From positions 1-64,000 of the forward strand of contig JBFIML010000008.1 of the NCBI GenBank assembly GCA_041611735.1: a DNA stretch of 64,000 nucleotides, written 5' to 3'. This DNA is from Myxococcota bacterium. GTDB lineage: Bacteria; Myxococcota_A; UBA9160; PR03. Shown here in pieces: positions 58,704 through 64,000 of this stretch (position 1 is the first letter of the stretch; each line of letters starts with the position of its first letter). The notes under the pieces are model-generated. The model was not told the origin of the DNA and did no database searches. It was given only the letters and a program-made list of their open reading frames with translations. A program made the translations under genes and the position numbers.

Positions 58704-59165
58704 ATGAAGCTGCCGATCCGAGACGTCGACGGCTTCCTGTCCGCGCCCCACGTGCTCGAGTACCGCTACCGGCGCTCGGTGGGGCCGCTGCTGGGCCGCT
58801 TCTTCGCGGGCCTGCGCGACCGGCAGCTGCTCGGCGTGCGGACTCCCGCCGGCCGCGTGCTGGTGCCGCCAACGGAGTACGATCCGGAGACCGGCGACGC
58901 CCTGGAGGAGCTCGTGCCCGTCGGGCCGGGCGGGGTCGTGACGACGTGGGCCTGGGTGGCCCGCCCGCGCCCCAAGCAGCCACTCCCCCATCCCTTCGCC
59001 TGGGCCCTGGTGCGGCCCGACGGGGCGGACACCGCCCTGCTGCACGCCGTGGACGCCGGTGGCCAGGCCCGCATGCACACGGGAATGCGCGTGCGGCCGC
59101 GCTGGCGCGAGGAGCGGGGGGGAGGCATCGGCGACCTGGTCTGCTTCGAGCCGGAGGACGCATGA
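58704..59165 (+). CDS. DUF35 OB-fold protein (N-terminal half of an Rv3521-like protein)
   Basis: GPLLGRFFAGLR, VPPTEYDP, PFAWALVRPDGADTALLHAVD, TGMRVRPRW. Confidence 0.85.
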   Translation: MKLPIRDVDGFLSAPHVLEYRYRRSVGPLLGRFFAGLRDRQLLGVRTPAGRVLVPPTEYDPETGDALEELVPVGPGGVVTTWAWVARPRPKQPLPHPFAWALVRPDGADTALLHAVDAGGQARMHTGMRVRPRWREERGGGIGDLVCFEPEDA

Positions 59166-59650
59166 GCGAGCCCGTAAAGCGCCTCGAGATCCCGGTTCGG
59201 CTGGAGTACGACTACAGCGCCGGCCGGGCCACGTCCCGCTTCCTGCGCGGCATCGCCGAGGGGCGCATCTTGGGCCAGCGTTGCCCCAGCTGCCGCAAGG
59301 TCTACGTACCTGCGCGCGGGGCCTGCCCCTGCTGCACCGTCCCCACCGAAGAGGAGGTGCAGGTCTCGGACCGCGGCACCGTCACCACCTTCAGCATCGT
59401 GCGCGTCCCCTCGGAGAACCTCTCCGTCCCGCTTCCCTTCGCCTGCGCCCACGTCCTCCTGGACGGCGCGGACATTCCCTTCTATGGCGTGATCCAGGAG
59501 TGTCCGCTCGAGCAGGTGCGGATGGGCATGCGCGTCCAGGCGGTCTGGAAGCCCAGCGAGGAGCTCGGGCCCACCCTCGAGAGCATCCGTCACTTCCGGC
59601 CCGTCGACGAGCCGGACGCGCCCTTCGAGTCCTACCGGGAGCATCTGTGA
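59162..59650 (+). CDS. DUF35 Zn-ribbon/OB-fold protein (C-terminal half of an Rv3521-like protein)
   Basis: CPSC...CPCC, GTVTTFSIV, LLDGADIPF, RMGMRVQAVWKP, EPDAPFESYREHL; ATGA overlap. Confidence 0.87.
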   Translation: MSEPVKRLEIPVRLEYDYSAGRATSRFLRGIAEGRILGQRCPSCRKVYVPARGACPCCTVPTEEEVQVSDRGTVTTFSIVRVPSENLSVPLPFACAHVLLDGADIPFYGVIQECPLEQVRMGMRVQAVWKPSEELGPTLESIRHFRPVDEPDAPFESYREHL

Positions 59651-60708
59651 TGCGCGAGGTCGCGGTCGTCGCCTTCGCCCAGGCGCCGAGTGTGCGTCGC
59701 GAGACGCGACGCAACGAGGTGGAGATCCTCCAGCCGGTGGTGCAGGAGGTGCTCGAGCGTGCGGAGCTCGCCCGCGACCAGATCGACTTCACCTGCTCGG
59801 GCAGCAGCGACTACCTGCAGGGCCAGCCCTTCTCCTTCGTGGGCGCCCTCGACGCGGTGGGCGCCTGGCCGCCCATCGTCGAGTCGCACGTGGAGATGGA
59901 CGGCGCCTGGGCGCTGTACGAGGCGTGGGTCAAGCTCCAGACCGGCGAGGCGGACACGGCCCTCGTCTACGCCTTCGGCAAGTCCTCCGCCGGCGACGTG
60001 GCCGAGGTGCTGGCGCTCCAGCTGGACCCCTACTGCGTGGCTCCGCTGTGGCCCGACGCGGTGAGCCTCGCCGCGCTCCAGGCCCGCGCCTGGCTCGAGC
60101 GCAGCGGGCGCAGCGAGCGCGACCTGGCAGCGGTCGCCGCCCGCAGCCGGCGCGACGCCCTCCGCAACCCGAACGCCCAGGTGGCCGGGGACTTCGAGGT
60201 GGAGAAGCTGCTGGCGGAGCCGTACCTGGTCGCCCCGCTCCGCAAGCACGACTGCCCGCCCATTTCGGACGGCGCGGCGGCCGTGGTGCTGGCGGCCGAC
60301 GAGCGGGCGCGTCGCCTGCACCGCCGCCCCGCCTGGATCCGCGGCATCGACCACCGCATCGATCCCCAGGCGCTCGGCTTGCGCGACCTCACCCGTTCCG
60401 CGTCGGCGGCGTTCGCCGCCGGGAAGGCCGGCGTGGCCGACCGCCCCGTGGAAGTGGCGGAGCTGCATGCCCCCTTCACCCATCAGGAGTGGATCCTGCG
60501 CGAGGCCCTGGGCCTCGGCGAGGACGTGCGGGTGAACCCTTCCGGCGGCGCGTTGGCGGCGAACCCGATCATGGTGGCGGGTCTGCTCCGCATGGGCGAG
60601 GCGGCGCAGCGGCTGCTCGACGGGGAGGCGACCCGGGCCGTGGCCCATGCCACCTCGGGGCCTTGCCTGCAGCAGAACCTGGTCTGCGTGCTGGAGGCGA
60701 GCTCGTGA
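59650..60708 (+). CDS. ltp4: Thiolase-fold aldolase Ltp4-like
   Basis: CSGSSDYL, ESHVEMDGAWALYEA, TALVYAFGKSSAG, APLWPD, AHATSGPCLQQNLV, as recalled for actinobacterial Ltp4. Confidence 0.85.
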   Translation: MREVAVVAFAQAPSVRRETRRNEVEILQPVVQEVLERAELARDQIDFTCSGSSDYLQGQPFSFVGALDAVGAWPPIVESHVEMDGAWALYEAWVKLQTGEADTALVYAFGKSSAGDVAEVLALQLDPYCVAPLWPDAVSLAALQARAWLERSGRSERDLAAVAARSRRDALRNPNAQVAGDFEVEKLLAEPYLVAPLRKHDCPPISDGAAAVVLAADERARRLHRRPAWIRGIDHRIDPQALGLRDLTRSASAAFAAGKAGVADRPVEVAELHAPFTHQEWILREALGLGEDVRVNPSGGALAANPIMVAGLLRMGEAAQRLLDGEATRAVAHATSGPCLQQNLVCVLEASS

Positions 60709-61862
60709 GCCGTCCCTGCGCCGTCATCGGCATCGGGCAGACCCACCACGCCGCCCAGCGCACGGACCTGTCCCTGCCGGGACTGCTGCGCGAGGCCGCC
60801 CTGCGCGCCCTGGCGGACGCCGAGCTCTCCTGGGGCGACATGGACGCGGTCGTGATCGGCAAGGCCCCGGACATGTTCGAGGGCGTGATGATGCCCGAGC
60901 TGATTCTCGCCGAGGCCCTGGGCGCCGCGGGCAAGCCCGCCCTCCGCGTGCACACGGCGGGGAGCGTCGGAGGGTCCACGGCGATCGTGGCCGCCAGCCT
61001 GATCCAGGCGGGCGTGCACGAGCGCGTCCTCACGGTGGCCTTCGAGAAGCAGAGCGAGAGCAACGCCATGTGGGCGCTCACGATCCGGACACCGCTGCAG
61101 CCGGCCCTGGTGGCCGGGGCGGGCGGCTACTTCTCGCCCCTGATCCGCGCCTACATGCGCCGCTCCGGGGCTCCCGAGGACACGGGGATCCGGGTGGCCC
61201 TGAAGGACCGCCTCAACGCCATGAAGAACCCCTACGCGCACCTGCGCGACCCGGACATCTGCTACCAGACCGTGGCCAGCTCCCCGATGCTGTGGGATCC
61301 GATCCGCTTCCACGAGACCTGCCCGTCGTCGGACGGAGCCTGCGCCCTGGTGCTGGCCAGCCCCGACGCCGCCCGCCGCACCCCGCGGCCGCCTGCCTGG
61401 GTGCGGGCCACGGCCATGCGCAGCGAGCCCACCATGTTCGCGGGCCGCGACCAGGTGAACCCGCGCGCCGGGCGCGATTGCGCGGCGGATCTCTACCGCA
61501 AGGCGGGCATCCGCGACCCGCGGCGCGAGATCGACGTGGCGGAGATCTACGTGCCCTTCAGCTGGTTCGAGCCCATGTGGCTCGAGAACCTGGGCCTCGC
61601 GCCGGAGAACCAGGGCTGGCGGCCGGTGCTGGACGGCGTCACCGCCCTGGAGGGCGAGCTGCCCGTGAACCCCTCCGGCGGCGTCCTCGCCAGCAACCCG
61701 ATCGGGGCGTCGGGCATGCTGCGCTTCGCGGAGGCCGCGCTCCAGGTGCGCGGACAGGCCGGCGAGCACCAGGTGGACGGCGCCCGACTGGCGCTCGGCC
61801 ATGCGTACGGCGGCGGCTCCCAGTTCTTCGCCACGTGGATCGTCGCCGCGGAGCCCTCCTAG
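60705..61862 (+). CDS. ltp3: Thiolase-fold aldolase Ltp3-like
   Basis: GKAPDMFEGVMMPEL, RVHTAGSVGGST, EKQSESNAMWAL, AGAGGYF, ETCPSSDGACA, GHAYGGGSQFF. Confidence 0.87.
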   Translation: MSRPCAVIGIGQTHHAAQRTDLSLPGLLREAALRALADAELSWGDMDAVVIGKAPDMFEGVMMPELILAEALGAAGKPALRVHTAGSVGGSTAIVAASLIQAGVHERVLTVAFEKQSESNAMWALTIRTPLQPALVAGAGGYFSPLIRAYMRRSGAPEDTGIRVALKDRLNAMKNPYAHLRDPDICYQTVASSPMLWDPIRFHETCPSSDGACALVLASPDAARRTPRPPAWVRATAMRSEPTMFAGRDQVNPRAGRDCAADLYRKAGIRDPRREIDVAEIYVPFSWFEPMWLENLGLAPENQGWRPVLDGVTALEGELPVNPSGGVLASNPIGASGMLRFAEAALQVRGQAGEHQVDGARLALGHAYGGGSQFFATWIVAAEPS

Positions 61863-61871
61863 GACGCGCCC

Positions 61872-63461
61872 ATGGAATGGAACCTCGCGGATCTCTTCGA
61901 ATCGGTGGCGGACGCGGTCCCGGATCGCGTGGCGCTGGTGTGCGGCGAGCAGCGGCTCCGCTTCGCGGAGCTGGAGGCCCGGGCCAACCGCTGCGCCCAC
62001 GCCCTGGCTGCCCGCGGCGTCGGGCCCGGCGCGCACGTGGGCCTCTACCTCCACAACGGCACCGAGTACGTGGAGAGCATGCTCGCCTGTCTCAAGCTCC
62101 GGGCGGTGCCGGTCAACGTGAACTTCCGCTACGTGGAGGACGAGCTGCGCTACCTGCTGCAGGATTCCGGCGCGGTGGCGCTGGTGCACCAGCGCGGGCT
62201 GGGGCCGCGCGTGGCCTCGGTGGCCGACGGACTCCCCGCGCTGCGCGCGCGGCTCTCGGTGGAGGATGGCAGCGGAGCGACATCGGGCGACGCCACGGAC
62301 TACGCGGCGGCCCTGGCCGCGGCCTCCCCGGAGCGGGAGTTCCCGCCGCGCTCGGGCGACGACCTCTACGTGATCTACACCGGCGGCACCACCGGCATGC
62401 CGAAGGGTGTCATGTGGCGCCAGGAGGACCTCTTCTTCAGCGGCCTCTTCGGCGCGAACCCGGGCGGCCCGCCCGCCGAGCGACCGGAGCAGGTCGCGGA
62501 GCGCGCGCGCGAGAAGGCGCCGATGGCGATGATGTCCGCGGCGCCGCTGATCCACGGCGCGGCCCAGCTCGGCAGCTGGATCGCGCTGCTCCAGGGCTAC
62601 GTCGCGGTGCTGGCACCCCGCTTCGATCCGCGCGAGATCTGGCGCACGGTGGAGGCCGAGCGGGTCCGCAGCCTCTCGATCGTGGGCGACGCCATGGCCC
62701 GCCCCCTGGCGGAAGCCCTGGAGGAGCCGGACTTCGCCTGCGACGCCTCCTCGCTGCTCGTGCTCTCCTCGGCCGGCGCGATCCTCTCCCCGGCGGTGCG
62801 CGAGCAGCTGAAGCGCCGGCTTCCCAAGCTCGGGCTCCTCGACAGCTTCGGCGCCTCCGAGACCGGAGCCCAGGGCATGGAGGCGGGCGCCCGCACCCCC
62901 GACGGCGGCATGCGCTTCCGCATGAACGAGAACACGGTGGTGCTGGACGACGATCTGCACCCGATCGAGCCGGGCTCCGGCCAGGTCGGCCGCCTGGCCC
63001 TGCGCGGCCGCGTTCCCCTTGGCTACCACCGAGACGCGGAGAAGACGGCCCGAACCTTCGTGAGCGTGGACGGCGTGCGGCACGTGTTGCCGGGCGACCT
63101 CGCCCGGCCGGAGGCGGACGGGACCATCACCGTCTTCGGCCGCGGCTCCCAGTGCATCAACTCGGGGGGCGAGAAGATCTTCCCCGAAGAGGTGGAGGGG
63201 GTGCTCAAGTCGCATCCTGACGTCTTCGACGCCGTGGTGGTGGGCGTTCCCGACGCACGTTGGGGCGAGCGGGTCGCGGCCCTGGTGCAGCTGCGTCCGG
63301 GACGCCAGCCCGAGGCCGACGATCTCGCGGGCCACTGCCGCAAGCACCTGGCGGGCTACAAGGTGCCCCGCCAGGTGCGCTTCGTGGAGCACATGGAGCG
63401 CTCCCCGAGCGGGAAGCCCGACTACCCCTGGGCGAAGACGACCGCCCAGCGAGAGGAGTGA
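61872..63461 (+). CDS. fadD19: Acyl-CoA synthetase, FadD19-like (steroid side-chain CoA ligase)
   Basis: NLADLFE..DAVPDRVALVCG, VNVNFRYVEDELRYL, YTGGTTGMPKGVMWRQED, GRGSQCINSGGEKIFPEEVE, RSPSGKPDY. Confidence 0.8.
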   Translation: MEWNLADLFESVADAVPDRVALVCGEQRLRFAELEARANRCAHALAARGVGPGAHVGLYLHNGTEYVESMLACLKLRAVPVNVNFRYVEDELRYLLQDSGAVALVHQRGLGPRVASVADGLPALRARLSVEDGSGATSGDATDYAAALAAASPEREFPPRSGDDLYVIYTGGTTGMPKGVMWRQEDLFFSGLFGANPGGPPAERPEQVAERAREKAPMAMMSAAPLIHGAAQLGSWIALLQGYVAVLAPRFDPREIWRTVEAERVRSLSIVGDAMARPLAEALEEPDFACDASSLLVLSSAGAILSPAVREQLKRRLPKLGLLDSFGASETGAQGMEAGARTPDGGMRFRMNENTVVLDDDLHPIEPGSGQVGRLALRGRVPLGYHRDAEKTARTFVSVDGVRHVLPGDLARPEADGTITVFGRGSQCINSGGEKIFPEEVEGVLKSHPDVFDAVVVGVPDARWGERVAALVQLRPGRQPEADDLAGHCRKHLAGYKVPRQVRFVEHMERSPSGKPDYPWAKTTAQREE

Positions 63462-63515
63462 GACGGATGGCCGAGATGCAAGCCGCCCCGGGCGGCGGCC
63501 GGCGAGCGTAGCCCC

Positions 63516-64000
63516 ATGAAGGGTTTCTGGAACTTCGCGCAGCAGGATCCCGGCAAGCTCGCCCTCGTGGACGCGGGAGGTCGCGCGTGGACCCGGGGCG
63601 AGCTGCTGGCCGAGTGCAACCGTTTGGTGCACGGCCTGCGCGGGCTCGGGCTCCAGCCGGGGGATTGCGTGGCGACGCTGCTCCCGAACGGCGCGCCGGC
63701 CATCGCCCTCTACCTGGCCGCCGCCCAGGCGGGCTGGTACCTGACCCCTGTCAACTGGCACCTGACGGCCCCGGAGATCGCCTACATCCTGGCGGACTGC
63801 GAGGCCCGGGCCTTCGTGGCCGACGAGCGCTTCGGCGCGGCGGCGCGGGCCGCGGCCGACGAGGCGGGCGTTCCAGCCGACCGTTGCTTCGCGGTGGGGG
63901 TCATCGAGGGCTTCCGTCCCTGGACGGAGCTCAGCGCCGGCCGCCCCGACACGCTTCCCGAGGAGCGCGCCGCCGGCTCGGTCATGAACTACACCTCTGG
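63516..64000 (+). CDS. Acyl-CoA synthetase (3'-truncated by window edge)
   Basis: Manual translation MKGFWNFAQQDPGKLALVD...PVNWHLTAPEIAYIL...VMNYTS(G), the start of the ANL P-loop motif. Confidence 0.85.
   Translation, partial: MKGFWNFAQQDPGKLALVDAGGRAWTRGELLAECNRLVHGLRGLGLQPGDCVATLLPNGAPAIALYLAAAQAGWYLTPVNWHLTAPEIAYILADCEARAFVADERFGAAARAAADEAGVPADRCFAVGVIEGFRPWTELSAGRPDTLPEERAAGSVMNYTS

Overview
Very GC-rich bacterial chromosomal window, probably from a Myxococcota/deltaproteobacterial lineage. This is an inference from the split ATP synthase layout, a MXAN_5187-C-like ORF and a DUF1329 protein. It spans what looks like the replication-origin region: atpF'FHAGDC, parB-parA-rsmG with two parS sites, jag-yidC-yidD-rnpA-rpmH, then divergently dnaN-gyrB-gyrA. 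dnaA, recF, mnmE and mnmG are all absent from their usual positions. Further along are a spermidine-synthase-fused membrane protein, hemL, atpZ-atpI-atpB-atpE, tmk, mfd...surA-uvrA, dodecin, a CusCBAF-like copper/silver efflux cluster preceded by a small Cys-rich ORF, an LLM (F420-type) oxidoreductase, an AlkP/GT2/GT4 cluster and icd. A stand-alone rplC follows, with an rlmE that apparently starts at ACG, then rimO. The right end carries an actinobacterial-type sterol side-chain cluster (kstR-like regulator, split Rv3521-like DUF35 genes, ltp4, ltp3, fadD19 and a second acyl-CoA synthetase). It is preceded by an exact match to the KstR operator TnnAACnnGTTnnA. No rRNA, tRNA, CRISPR array or transposase was seen. 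All calls come from motif recognition by eye; no database searches were run.
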